The position numbers and the translations under genes are program-made. The notes under the pieces are model-generated. The model had not been told where the DNA came from. It saw only the letters and a program-made list of their open reading frames with translations, and ran no database searches. From contig CAVRYZ010000005.1 of NCBI GenBank assembly GCA_963725685.1, forward strand, positions 1 to 64,000: a stretch of DNA of 64,000 nucleotides, read 5' to 3'. Source of the stretch: an uncultured Chloroflexia bacterium (GTDB lineage: Bacteria > Chloroflexota > Anaerolineae > Anaerolineales > UBA4823). Below are positions 1 through 9,248 of this stretch, one piece after another; the stretch's first letter is position 1, and each line of letters opens with the position of its first letter.

Positions 1-47
1 ATCGCCATGGAAACCAGCACTACCGTAACGAACTTTAACTTTCTCAT
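1..47 (-). CDS. Start (N-terminal 15 codons) of a probable periplasmic sugar-binding protein; gene runs off the window start
   Basis: Reverse complement of 1-47 reads ATG AGA AAG TTA AAG TTC GTT ACG GTA GTG CTG GTT TCC ATG GCG = MRKLKFVTVVLVSMA (signal-peptide-like), preceded by AAGGAG RBS; downstream of ATPase and permease on same strand (RbsA-RbsC-RbsB-like order). Identity is inference from context. Confidence 0.4.
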   Translation of the reverse strand, partial: MRKLKFVTVVLVSMA

Positions 48-152
48 ATCATTCTCCTTTTGATTTTTTCCCAGTCCATACGGACTAGGTTTAGTGTCTG
101 CACGTTTAGACGCCAGCCTCGGCGTTGCAGACGCACGAATTTGGGCCGATGC

Positions 153-1175
153 TCATTTGCGGTTCCTGAGTCGGTCAACTGTCACTGCACCAATGACGAC
201 AAGCCCGATAACGATCTGCTGCATAAAGTAGTTTGCACCCGACATTGTGAGGCCCACCGTGAGTATTCCGATGATAAAGGATCCGATTACTGTTCCTCCC
301 ACTGTACCCACGCCTCCCATCAGGCTTGCGCCGCCAATAACGGCAGCGGCAATTGCGTTCATCTCATAGCCAACTGCACTGTTGGGCTGGGAGGTGACCA
401 TCCGGGAGGCGAGAATGATGCCGACCAGGCCTGCAAGTAGACCGGAGAAGATGTAGTTAATATTTTTGATCCGGTGGATCTTGATCCCGGAAAGCCGTGC
501 CGCTTCTTCATTCGATCCTGTGGCGTAGGTATACCGGCCTAGCCGTGTTTTACTCAGAATGAAGGAAAAGACGAGAGCTACGACAATCATGATGATCACC
601 GGGTAGGAGATGCCAGGGAATTTTTGCCCGGTCCCTAAGATAGTGCCGTTACCAAGCTCACCGAAACCTTTCGGTGCTGGCCACGCGTTGGCGTTCGTAA
701 TAGTGAGGGCAACCCCTCGTGCGACCATCATCATGCCAAGTGTTGCGATAAACGGTGGAAGCTTCATTTTAGTGATCATGAACCCATTGAGGAGGCCGCA
801 TATACCTCCCACAAGCAGGCCAATGATCCAGCTGAGCCAAATCGGAACTCCTTCAAGGGCCACCATCACAGCGATCGTACCAGTAAGGGCAACAACCGAT
901 CCGATGGAAAGATCAATGCCACCCGTAATAATGGTGAAGGTTACTCCGATGCCCATGAGGGTGATCGCACTTGTCTGCAGAGCAAGAGTGAGGACGGTTC
1001 GCACTGTGAAGAAATTGTTCGCCGTAAACGAGAAAATGATAAACAGGATGATAACCGCGATAAAAGGAAGAAATTTCATCAGAGTCCTAAGAAGTAATGC
1101 ACCCCAATATCGCCCCGATGATCCTGCAATCTCGGGGGTTTCTTCCTTAATAGGTTCCGCTATAATATTTCTCAT
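153..1175 (-). CDS. ABC transporter permease, sugar (RbsC/AraH-like) family
   Basis: 340 aa, about 8-10 hydrophobic helices; typical monosaccharide ABC permease sequence (GIDLSIGSVVAL, ATLGMMMVARG); follows ATPase gene on same strand. Confidence 0.85.
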   Translation of the reverse strand: MRNIIAEPIKEETPEIAGSSGRYWGALLLRTLMKFLPFIAVIILFIIFSFTANNFFTVRTVLTLALQTSAITLMGIGVTFTIITGGIDLSIGSVVALTGTIAVMVALEGVPIWLSWIIGLLVGGICGLLNGFMITKMKLPPFIATLGMMMVARGVALTITNANAWPAPKGFGELGNGTILGTGQKFPGISYPVIIMIVVALVFSFILSKTRLGRYTYATGSNEEAARLSGIKIHRIKNINYIFSGLLAGLVGIILASRMVTSQPNSAVGYEMNAIAAAVIGGASLMGGVGTVGGTVIGSFIIGILTVGLTMSGANYFMQQIVIGLVVIGAVTVDRLRNRK

Positions 1176-1402
1176 GGTTGCTCACTCGTTAGGGTTAGTT
1201 TTTGGCTGGCCATACATGCGTCTCCTTCTTTGTGAGACGTAGCGAGTCTGGACACTCAATCGAGCACGCCATCTGGAGGCGTTTCCGAAGTGGCGAATGT
1301 TGCGGCGAGTTTACCCTCACAAAGCACCAGGATGCATTCGTCAAGCCGAATAACTCTAGCAGGTCGGAAGAGTCCAGAATGATACCATTGCCCCCACACA
1401 TA

Positions 1403-2188
1403 TTAGTCAATTGTGACCTCGGGAAAATCATTACGAGCGCCGACTATGTAGGCCACCACCCGCTCGCGGAACTCGTGAATATCACCGGTGACAGGATAGT
1501 CGCAGACTTTGCGCCCGTGACGTAGCACGATCATTCGGTCACTCACCTGGTAGATATCTTCCAAGCGGTGACTGATGACGATGATCGAACAGCCCTGCGC
1601 CTTAAGCTCACGCACCAAATCGAGGACCTTGCCAATGGCTGCCACACTCAGAGCTGCCGTGGGCTCATCCATGATAATGACTTTAGCATTGAAAGCTGTT
1701 GCGCGGGCAATGGCCACCGCCTGGCGCTGGCCGCCAGACAGCTGCTCCACATCCAAGCGCATGGATGAGATGTCGATCTTGAGGCTATCTAGCAAGCGTT
1801 TCGTCTCTTGTTCCATGCGGCGGCTGTCAATTACACCAATCATGCCTAATTTTCGGGACATCGCTTCACGTCCTAGGAAAACGTTGGCTGCCACGTTCAG
1901 TTTGTTGACAAGGGCCAAGTCTTGATACACCATCTCGATGCCTAGGTGACGCGCATACAAAGGATCGCTAATATGTACCTTCTTACCATCAATGAAGATC
2001 TCTCCTTCATCAGGGATGTAGGCTCCGCTGAGAACCTTCATCAGGGTAGATTTACCGGCAGCGTTGTCGCCCACCAACCCCAATACTTCATTAGTGTGCA
2101 ATTTCAGGTCTACCCCACGAAGCGCCCGGACAGCAGCAAAGCTCTTCTTGATGTTCCGCATTTCTACGACGGGTATAGCTTCTGTCAT
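1403..2188 (-). CDS. ABC transporter ATP-binding protein (single NBD)
   Basis: Walker [13 protein letters not shown] signature LSGGQRQ, Walker B IIMDEPT, H-loop SHRL. Confidence 0.9.
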   Translation of the reverse strand: MTEAIPVVEMRNIKKSFAAVRALRGVDLKLHTNEVLGLVGDNAAGKSTLMKVLSGAYIPDEGEIFIDGKKVHISDPLYARHLGIEMVYQDLALVNKLNVAANVFLGREAMSRKLGMIGVIDSRRMEQETKRLLDSLKIDISSMRLDVEQLSGGQRQAVAIARATAFNAKVIIMDEPTAALSVAAIGKVLDLVRELKAQGCSIIVISHRLEDIYQVSDRMIVLRHGRKVCDYPVTGDIHEFRERVVAYIVGARNDFPEVTID

Positions 2189-2672
2189 AGGTTTTATCGC
2201 TTTCCCTTGAGTTTAGAATAAAAATCCGTTTTCACCGACAAGGCAGTGAATCTCAGCCTCGACGACACAAAAGCTTATGTTGTTCAATGCTTTCACGCCG
2301 CGGAATTCCTTGGTAATGTTTTTCGTTTCCAGGATGAGTTTCATCTACTGATAGACAATATCTATGCCTGCTTTATGAGACTGGATTTCTTTGCGGAAGG
2401 ACACCTCGTGTATGCGATATGTCTCCAACTTACAATGGTACCGGTACCATATTATTATACTATCAGAAATGATTACCGTTGTCAAGCATTCGACCTTGTA
2501 TTCGACCTTGTATTTTCACCAAAAAAATCCCGTCCGGCAGTCATACGGTTATAAAAGGGGGGAGCTCGCCTCTAAAGTAAACACGGGGTTGATCAACAAT
2601 TGAATATACTCCCCAAGTGTCATTAACCCTGTAAGGCATCGCCTGGACACCTGGGGAGTGGGGGTATTCAAG

Positions 2673-2872
2673 TGGACCTGGCGGGATTCGAACCCGCGGC
2701 CTCTTCAATGTGATAGATGATCAAGTAGGGGAAAAGGGGGAAAAAGCTGTCTATTACGTCTATTTTGTGCCAAAATCACCATACTGATATTGCATATCTG
2801 GTTCCAAATTGTTCCCGATTTGTACACGCAGTGTACCCGATATGCATCGGTATGAAACAAGGAAAAGACCTG
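2673..2872 (-). repeat. Copy A of ~200-nt dispersed repeat with tRNA/tmRNA-like 3' terminus (T-arm + acceptor fragment), minus orientation
   Basis: Reverse complement of 2673-2704 = GAGGCCGCGGGTTCGAATCCCGCCAGGTCCAC (T-stem GCGGG/CCCGC, loop TTCGAAT, 7-nt acceptor strand). Remaining ~170 nt is about 85-90 percent identical by eye to 5576-5787 and 30608-30812. No 5' tRNA half is present. Confidence 0.7.
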
Positions 2873-3065
2873 TCGCCCTGGCATGAAAGTAAGATGTAAG
2901 TAACATTGGAAGTAAAGATATTATGGGTTATATGATTATAAGACGATCCACCACTAGATTGACCTTTTGTGTCCTTATTGCGATTTATTGTCAATAGCCG
3001 GGCGATGTTTACCACACATAGTCGGGTTATGTTTACCAGTGATGATCGGGTTGGTGTTTACCACT

Positions 3066-3839
3066 TTAAGCAATCTTTTCCGTTTTTACTTTTAATAACG
3101 CCTCCTTTCTGCGGGAGAGTTGGCGGTAACTTTCACCCTGAATGACCAGGGTATGAGCATGATGGGTCAGACGATCCAGTGCGGCCGATGAAAGTAAGTC
3201 ATTGTTGAAGACCTCCGCCCACTCTTCGAAGGCGCGGTTGGAAGTGACCAGGATCGAGCCGCGTTCGTAACGCTCGCAGATAATTTCGTACAAGTCCTGG
3301 ATAGCAGCAGGCGGTAACACCTGCAAGCCGAAATCGTCCATGACTAACAGGTCGCATTTGAGCAGGGCGGTCAAATGGCGGTTGTAGGAACCGTTGGCTC
3401 GGGAAGCGTTGAGATCCGCCAGCAGTCGAAAGGTGGGTTTGGAGATGACCCGCAGGTCTCTTTTGAGGGCTTCGATGCCCAGGGCATTGGCTAAATGGGT
3501 TTTCCCCACTCCGGTAGGTCCGCAGAACAACACGTTTTCATGGCGCTGGATGAAAGCGCAGGTAGCCAGGTCGACGATGAAGGAGCGGTTCACCCCAGGA
3601 GTGGCCGCAAAGTCGAACTGCGACAGGGTCTTGGCAGGGTTGCAGCCCGAGGTGGACAGGCGATAAGCCAGGCGGTTCTGCTCGCGGCGTTCCAGCTCAT
3701 CGTCTAGCAACAGGGCAAAAAACTCCATGGGAGCCAGCTGCTCCTGGATGGCCTGCTCCACGCGCAAATCCAAGGTGTTGAGCATGCCGGAGAGGTTGAG
3801 CTGCCTGAGCTTGGGCAGTAAGGGATGGATAGAGATCAT
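3066..3839 (-). CDS. istB: IS21-family transposition helper ATPase IstB
   Basis: 257 aa, Walker A GPTGVGKTHLANALG, DnaC-like AAA+; start overlaps istA stop by 4 nt (ATGA). Confidence 0.95.
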   Translation of the reverse strand: MISIHPLLPKLRQLNLSGMLNTLDLRVEQAIQEQLAPMEFFALLLDDELERREQNRLAYRLSTSGCNPAKTLSQFDFAATPGVNRSFIVDLATCAFIQRHENVLFCGPTGVGKTHLANALGIEALKRDLRVISKPTFRLLADLNASRANGSYNRHLTALLKCDLLVMDDFGLQVLPPAAIQDLYEIICERYERGSILVTSNRAFEEWAEVFNNDLLSSAALDRLTHHAHTLVIQGESYRQLSRRKEALLKVKTEKIA

Positions 3840-5380
3840 GGCTGGCCTCCCGGGTGGTGTTCAAAGAATTCCCTGGGTTGGCGGGAGAAAGCGAATCCCT
3901 GTGGGTTGGGAGTAGCCACGAGCTGGTCCGGCAGCGGGTCACGATCAAGGGCAGCGTTGAGGATGTCCTTGATGCGCCGATAATGGGGATCACCGTAATA
4001 CAGGGCGCGCCTGCAAGCAGCTTCCAGGCGGCTCTGGCCTACGCTCTCCTCCAGCGCCAGGATGGCCTGCACCGAGCGCAGCCGGTCTAAGGGACGATCG
4101 GCTAACAAACGCTCGACCACCTGGTGGGTATGGGGGCCCATTCGCAGGGCAAGTTTGAGACAGAATTGCGGTGTTTTCAACAGGTACTGGGCCTTGGAAG
4201 GAGGATAATCCTCCATCTCCGTGCGCCATTGACCTTTCTGAGTTGCCCTGCGGTGCGTGCGCACCAGCTCGTGATGAGCATAGATTTCAACTATCCGTTC
4301 GTGCACATGTACTTCCACTTCAAATCCTACCAGGGTGTGGGACACTGAATAGAAGCTGCCGTCCACCACAATGTGGCAATCACTGTGCACCTTGGCCATG
4401 AGGATGGCGTGCAAATCAAAACTTTCGGCAGGCAGGGCTTGCAAGGCGGCTTGTTCGACCTCCCGAAACAACTTCAAGGGCGCCTGGTGCGTGGTGCCAT
4501 GCTCGCGCACCCCGGCCGTGTCCATTACCCAGGCCTTCAAACGCAAGTTGGCCCGCTCGAGATCCACAAATTCCTGCCCGGCGAAGAAGTTGCGCTTGAC
4601 GTAATTGACCCCATTTTCCACTTTCCCCTTGTGGCGTGGAGTAGCGGGACGGTTAGGACTGATCAGGAAGTGATAGTGCTGGGCCAGCTTGCGATAGGCT
4701 TCCCCAAGGATGGGATCCAGTACCAGGGCTTTGACTACCGCCGCCTTCAGGTTATCCAACACTACCCGCCGCGGCACGCCTCCGAAAAATACAAACGCGC
4801 GCTGGTGCAATCCCAGCCAGGTGTTGATCTTCTGGTCACAGACAATCTCGGCATATTGGTGGCGGCTGTATCCCAGGGTGGCCACAAATACATAACCTTT
4901 CCGCATCTTTCCGGCTTTCGGGTCATAGATGGGACCAATGCTTCCAAAATCCACCTGCAGCTCTTCCCCAGGTTCGGTATGTACCCGTACGTAGGCTTCT
5001 TTCTCTTCCGGCTGCAAGTGGTGCACAAAGCGCCGTATCGACGAATAACTGCCCTGATAGCTGTAATCATCACGCAGTCGCTGGAAGATGGCAGTCATTT
5101 CCAGCCCTTGTTGAAGATATTTTTCCACTACTTCCTGGTATCCTTCAACGGTGCTGGGCACTTTGGGCGGCTGAGGAACGAGGCCAAAGCTCTTGGCAAT
5201 CTCTTCCTTTTCAGGAAGTTCTTTTTGACTATCCAGGTAACCTTCCAAGAAGGCCTTCAGCCGATATTTGTGTACGGTCGGTCGGCTGATGCCTAGATCG
5301 CGAGAAATCCTGCGTTCACTTTCCTTCGCTCGCAATCGATAGATGATTTCGGTGTAGATGTTCATGTGGATCCGCTCCAT
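3836..5380 (-). CDS. istA: IS21-family transposase IstA
   Basis: N-terminal HTH (ISRDLGISRPTVHKYRL) and DDE integrase core. Start chosen at MERIHMNIY (ATG 5378-5380, GGGAGAGG RBS upstream); the 545-aa ORF in the track reads further upstream through the terminal repeats (repeated RCLPP). Confidence 0.9.
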   Translation of the reverse strand: MERIHMNIYTEIIYRLRAKESERRISRDLGISRPTVHKYRLKAFLEGYLDSQKELPEKEEIAKSFGLVPQPPKVPSTVEGYQEVVEKYLQQGLEMTAIFQRLRDDYSYQGSYSSIRRFVHHLQPEEKEAYVRVHTEPGEELQVDFGSIGPIYDPKAGKMRKGYVFVATLGYSRHQYAEIVCDQKINTWLGLHQRAFVFFGGVPRRVVLDNLKAAVVKALVLDPILGEAYRKLAQHYHFLISPNRPATPRHKGKVENGVNYVKRNFFAGQEFVDLERANLRLKAWVMDTAGVREHGTTHQAPLKLFREVEQAALQALPAESFDLHAILMAKVHSDCHIVVDGSFYSVSHTLVGFEVEVHVHERIVEIYAHHELVRTHRRATQKGQWRTEMEDYPPSKAQYLLKTPQFCLKLALRMGPHTHQVVERLLADRPLDRLRSVQAILALEESVGQSRLEAACRRALYYGDPHYRRIKDILNAALDRDPLPDQLVATPNPQGFAFSRQPREFFEHHPGGQP

Positions 5381-5575
5381 GTTCGCTGTTCCTCTCCCAT
5401 TGTGGTCTTGGGAGAGATTCTGCCACAGTGGTAAACACCGGGCGACGATGGGTGGTAAACACCGAGCGATCATGCCTGGTAAACACCGAGCGGCTACGCC
5501 TGGTAAACACCGGGCGACTATGACTGGTAAAGTCTACCCCGGTCAATGACAAATGTCATCGGTGACTTTGATCTC

Positions 5576-5787
5576 CCCCTTAGGGCAGGGTTTGGGGCTG
5601 CCTTTCCTTGCTTCATACTGCTGTACCCTTCGGGAACAATTTGGGAACAGATATGCTAGAACAGTATGGTGATTTTGGAACAAAATAGACGTAATAGACA
5701 GCTTTTGTCCCTTTTTCCCCTACTTGCTCATCTATCGCACTGTAGAGGCCGCGGGTTCGAATCCCGCCAGGCCCACCTCAACGACCC
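5576..5787 (+). repeat. Copy B of ~200-nt repeat with tRNA/tmRNA-like 3' terminus, plus orientation, ~20 bp from IS21 left end
   Basis: Ends GAGGCCGCGGGTTCGAATCCCGCCAGGCCCACC (5755-5787). Body CCTTTCCTTGCTTCATACTG...CGGGAACAATTTGGGAACAGATATGCTAGAACAGTATGGTGATTTTGGAACAAAATAGACGTAATAGACAGC is shared with copies A and C. Contains stem CATACTG/CAGTATG. Confidence 0.7.
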
Positions 5788-6069
5788 CATTCTCTATCTT
5801 GTAAGAATGGGATTGTTTAATGTCTCATTACACAAATTATTAAATCAAACCAAATCTAAATATTACAGCTTCCACGTCGTTTACACATTCATAGGATCGG
5901 TGTAATCTTATTTTATATGGTACAACAATAATTGGATCTTTCCATCAGTATCATCATGTCAATATGCACATATTTTATTTGATTAACTGTAATATTGCTC
6001 GATCTATACTCTTCGAACTTATTTACATTATTTGATATGAGTTCAGGATGAATACTTGCTAGACCTTAT

Positions 6070-7560
6070 TTAAAGAACCCAAGATCCGGTTTTTCCGGAT
6101 TCCAGGTGACGAGTGCCAATCCGCATTATACCAATTGCATCAATATCAAAGGTCAGCTCGACTTTCCCATCTTTACATTGTTCAGGCAATATATCAGCAT
6201 ATTTTATTTGGCCAAGGCAGTAATTGTTGTCAGCAAGTGTATCCTCGCCTTCAATGATATTGACATATCGGTCGCTCTGTTCTGTATTTCGTAGGGTAAT
6301 CATGACAGATTTGCGAGTGGGTATGGTAGTATATCGCGCTATTAAAATTTTCACTCCGCCTTGACCTGAGGTGATTCCAAGTGATAGCGGCACAACATCG
6401 AGAGGAAGAACGTCCTTTATTACTCCCTCATACACTCCGCCCAGGATGGCTGCTCCCTTGGCTATTGAATCATCGGGGCATTGGATTACTTTTACATTTT
6501 TATTCCTGAACTGATCCAAAAGTATTTTGATCATCGTCATCCTTGTAGCGCCACCGACCACAAGCAATGTCTTTATTTGTTCGATCGGCACACCCGAGTC
6601 AGCTATTACCCTATCTAGATGCTTTTGGCACGAGTCGACCATATCATGGGTAATTTCCTCAAATAACTGTCTGGATAATATTAATTCCAAATCTTGTACT
6701 CCCTTTTTTGTCCGCGTAATACTGGGGATACGTAAGGCAGTCTGTGTGAGGGTAGATAATTCTATCCGTGATTTTTCTGCTGCATCGCGAAGCCGTACAA
6801 GCGCCACCGGATCAAGCGCAAGGTCATAATTATGCATTTCCTGGAAACGGGAGAGAGCGACACGTATGATACGCTGGCTCCAGTCATCCCCACCCAGGAA
6901 TGGATTTCCTCCAACTGACCGAATTTGAGTTATCCCATCACCGTAGGTTTGGACTGATAACTCTAGCTTACCACCCCCTAAATCAAATAGCAGAATGTTT
7001 TCATTTAAATACTTTTTTATAAACGTATAAGCTAAAGAAGCTGCAAGAGACTCTTTTCTTACACAAAGCACATGAAGACCTGCCAAATTCCCAGCTTCAT
7101 GCAGTGCTTTAATATAATTGTAGCCATAACAACCAGGTCCGGTGATGACGGCTTGTGAAACTGTCTCCCCGAGGTAGGATTCAGCGATATACTTAATCTT
7201 CGATAAGATCAATGCGGCTACTTCAATTGGCGATAAGCTCTTTCCAATAGCTGGAATATGTAACAGGATATCATCCTTAGGCCAAGGTTTTATCAGCTGA
7301 GGGGTTATTAATAAGTTTTTCCGTATAACACTGAACGATTGCCCGATGAACCGCTTTACCGAAAAAACAGTATTTTCTGGATCATAGACGGCATTTTGTT
7401 TAGCCATTTGACCAATGATTGGTTCCCCATCATGCCTATAAGCTACCACCGAGGGAAGAATATCCAGACCATCAAGTGACCTAATAATGACGGGTTGGCT
7501 TTGCTGAACTACTGAAACCGCACATTTAGTGGTGCCAAAATCGATCCCAATTATCGACAC
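6070..7560 (-). CDS. Divergent Hsp70/DnaK-family ATPase lacking the C-terminal helical lid
   Basis: 496 aa; N-terminal IGIDFGTTKCAVSV (Hsp70 phosphate-1 motif), FDLGGGKLELSV (FDLGGGTFD-like), LVVGGATRM (VGGxTRiP-like), LDVVPLSLGI and TFDIDAIGIMRIG (substrate-binding beta domain, cf. DVtPLSLGiE and VtFdiDanGil). Ends after the beta-sandwich, so the lid is absent. Lower GC than core genes. Confidence 0.75.
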   Translation of the reverse strand: MSIIGIDFGTTKCAVSVVQQSQPVIIRSLDGLDILPSVVAYRHDGEPIIGQMAKQNAVYDPENTVFSVKRFIGQSFSVIRKNLLITPQLIKPWPKDDILLHIPAIGKSLSPIEVAALILSKIKYIAESYLGETVSQAVITGPGCYGYNYIKALHEAGNLAGLHVLCVRKESLAASLAYTFIKKYLNENILLFDLGGGKLELSVQTYGDGITQIRSVGGNPFLGGDDWSQRIIRVALSRFQEMHNYDLALDPVALVRLRDAAEKSRIELSTLTQTALRIPSITRTKKGVQDLELILSRQLFEEITHDMVDSCQKHLDRVIADSGVPIEQIKTLLVVGGATRMTMIKILLDQFRNKNVKVIQCPDDSIAKGAAILGGVYEGVIKDVLPLDVVPLSLGITSGQGGVKILIARYTTIPTRKSVMITLRNTEQSDRYVNIIEGEDTLADNNYCLGQIKYADILPEQCKDGKVELTFDIDAIGIMRIGTRHLESGKTGSWVL

Positions 7561-7837
7561 GTTACATTACCTTCCACTGAATAACAGATGCACTAAAAAT
7601 GATTGGCGATCGCATAAAACCCCAGCTTATTATCAACTTCTGAGATGCAAATGTCTATATCATGACCAAAGATTTCAGATAATCACAATCAAGAAAGGTG
7701 TGCCACGAACTTCAGACATATAGGCTAGGGTCGTTCAAGTGTAGGTAATTAATAATTTACTAAACGGAATAAACCGCTGCTCATGAATGTCAATTCGAAC
7801 GAATAACATACTGTAGCCTATATTAAATAGATATATT

Positions 7838-9112
7838 TTACTCATTGCATTTAGTAATTTTATCGCTGTAATTTATGACAATAACCGGACTGGCACTAAT
7901 TTGCTGAATATCCGCCCGCACCCACACACAATCGCCCTTTTTAAATTCCGAAAAATCCTTATCGTAAGACAAGAAATATAAATCCTGCTTTTCCGGTCCA
8001 AAGGCTAAATAAAAAACCCCTTGATCGCTATATTTACCAATAATATATCCCCATACACACCTTTCATTACCTCCTACATCTTTAAGTGTAATGATCGACC
8101 ATTGCGCACAGTCTGGGGGAACGTTTTGAGTAGGCGCCTCCGCCTTACTAGTAGGAAGAAGATTGGTTGGCAATGTAACAGGAGGAAGATTAGTGGGCGT
8201 AGTTTTCGAAGGTGGATTTGTCGGTAGAATTCGGGATGGCAATGCCGTCATAGTCGGTAGGTAGACACGAGTAGCTATAGGCACATAGTTCAATGAACCA
8301 TATCCTTGGATGATGGTTATTGGCGAACGTCCATAAAAGTACACGAAAACTGCTAAACTAACACTGAATGCAACACCTAACGAAATAATTTGCGGTTTCT
8401 TGTTTACAATCTTCGGACATTGGGTAAACGTATAATAATATTTGGCTGCGTTCCATGAAGGAATCAGAAATAATATTGGCAGATATGAAAGAAACATCAT
8501 CAACAAATAGCCTGATGTTTTTGTATTGGTTGGATTTTGACCTTTGGCTCCCAATATACCTATAATTGCCCTATCAATTATTGCGAAAGGCAGCGCCATC
8601 GCGGTAACAATTTGAAAATCCTTCCCAATAAATAAAAGCGATCCGCAGATAAAAAAAATAACGGTTCCCAATGCTATACAATATTCAATAAAAAGCATCC
8701 AAGCAAAAATTGCCCAGTAAGATGGTCCGTTTTGGGTTTTTTCTTCTGAAGGTTTCTCTATGGGAGTTATAGCCTCTGGAGGTTTTTCCCCGGAGGCTTT
8801 TTTGCTTGAAGATTTATCCGGTGGAATGCCCTCTGAGGATCCATCTGCTAGAGGAATAGAGCGTGTCGATTCGCCTGATGAAGATATACCATTAGGTGAT
8901 TTATCTTCAACTGGAGTATCACTTGTGGTTTCGCCCGCTGAAGATATAACCTGTGGGGTTTTTTCTTGTGGCGGAGTAACTCCTATCGGTTCATCTATTG
9001 AGACTTCTTCTCTTACAGATTTATCTTCCGCCTGTCCTGTGTTTCCACCGCAATTAGGGCAGATGAGAATCTCATCTTCCATCTCAGTTGCACAATATGG
9101 ACACTTTTTCAT
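7838..9112 (-). CDS. Membrane protein with N-terminal zinc ribbon, S/T/P-rich linkers and Cys-containing C-terminal domain
   Basis: CPYCATEM...CPNCGG ribbon; long low-complexity segment with SSxGE repeats; about 4 TM helices; P/T-rich extracytoplasmic linker (LPTNPPSKTTPTNLPPVTLPTN); ~90-aa C-terminal domain. Confidence 0.6.
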   Translation of the reverse strand: MKKCPYCATEMEDEILICPNCGGNTGQAEDKSVREEVSIDEPIGVTPPQEKTPQVISSAGETTSDTPVEDKSPNGISSSGESTRSIPLADGSSEGIPPDKSSSKKASGEKPPEAITPIEKPSEEKTQNGPSYWAIFAWMLFIEYCIALGTVIFFICGSLLFIGKDFQIVTAMALPFAIIDRAIIGILGAKGQNPTNTKTSGYLLMMFLSYLPILFLIPSWNAAKYYYTFTQCPKIVNKKPQIISLGVAFSVSLAVFVYFYGRSPITIIQGYGSLNYVPIATRVYLPTMTALPSRILPTNPPSKTTPTNLPPVTLPTNLLPTSKAEAPTQNVPPDCAQWSIITLKDVGGNERCVWGYIIGKYSDQGVFYLAFGPEKQDLYFLSYDKDFSEFKKGDCVWVRADIQQISASPVIVINYSDKITKCNE

Positions 9113-9248
9113 ATCACGTCAAAGTTACAGAATATCGACTGCCCAATCTTGATGATAAATTAATTTTCCCATGTGTAAAAGCATAATCAAGCATACATAA
9201 CTGAAAGGGGGAAAATGTAATCCATGTACTAAGGAGATATATCCCATA

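Larger units (their letters stand above)
2984..5560 (-). mobile_element. IS21-family insertion sequence (istA + istB), apparently intact, ~2.6 kb
   Basis: Imperfect terminal inverted repeats TGTCAATAGCCGGGCGATGTTTACCAC (right end, from ~2989) and reverse complement of 5525-5551 = TGTCATTGACCGGGGTAGACTTTACCAG (left end). Subterminal multiple direct repeats typical of IS21 ends: GTTTACCAC/G x3 at 3008-3063 and TGGTAAACACCG x4-5 at 5427-5532. Boundaries approximate to +/-10 bp; no clear target-site duplication seen. Confidence 0.85.

Noticed and set aside
610-1242. Plus- and minus-strand shadow ORFs antisense to long genes (610-1242, 1575-1925, 4373-5296, 21274-21861, 22188-22563, 23784-24179, 24624-24968, 40650-41195, 43707-44126, 53350-53748, 56497-57000, 61526-62146 and others)
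   Set aside because: Each lies fully inside a longer ORF on the opposite strand that has clear family motifs. They have low-complexity, Arg/Ser-rich composition and no RBS.
1195-1525. Small ORFs in the permease-ATPase intergenic gap (1195-1431, 1202-1525)
   Set aside because: They are mutually overlapping, in opposite orientations, and have no RBS or motifs. The 228-nt gap is more likely untranslated or regulatory.
2478-2515. Tandem 12-bp duplication TTCGACCTTGTA x2, with GGTACCGGTACC nearby
   Set aside because: It is a short simple duplication in the rbs-operon upstream region with no further periodicity. It is probably a slippage artefact of no functional significance.
2673-2704. Possible tRNA genes at 2673-2704, 5755-5787 and 30781-30812
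   Set aside because: Only the T-arm and 3' acceptor strand are present. The upstream ~45 nt cannot form anticodon or D arms, and there is no complementary 5' acceptor strand. These are reported as repeat termini, not tRNA genes.
5381-5473. N-terminal 31 residues of the 545-aa istA ORF
   Set aside because: It is the translation of the IS21 subterminal TGGTAAACACCG repeats (RCLPP...). A better start with an RBS lies at 5380.
5576-5787. tmRNA (ssrA) hypothesis for the repeat unit
   Set aside because: The 3' end resembles the tmRNA terminus, and a 5' GGGGCTG could pair 6/7 with the 3' acceptor strand. But the unit is only ~210 nt, has no D-loop analogue (GATTCGACGGG-like) and no tag-peptide reading frame ending in a stop before the tRNA-like domain. 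There are also five copies.
5666-5905. ORFs lying inside repeat copies (5666-5905, 30641-30832, 30857-31126, 30900-31118)
   Set aside because: They are conserved only because the repeat is conserved. They have no RBS and no protein-like composition, except the PT-rich 30900-31118 ORF, which is too weak to call.
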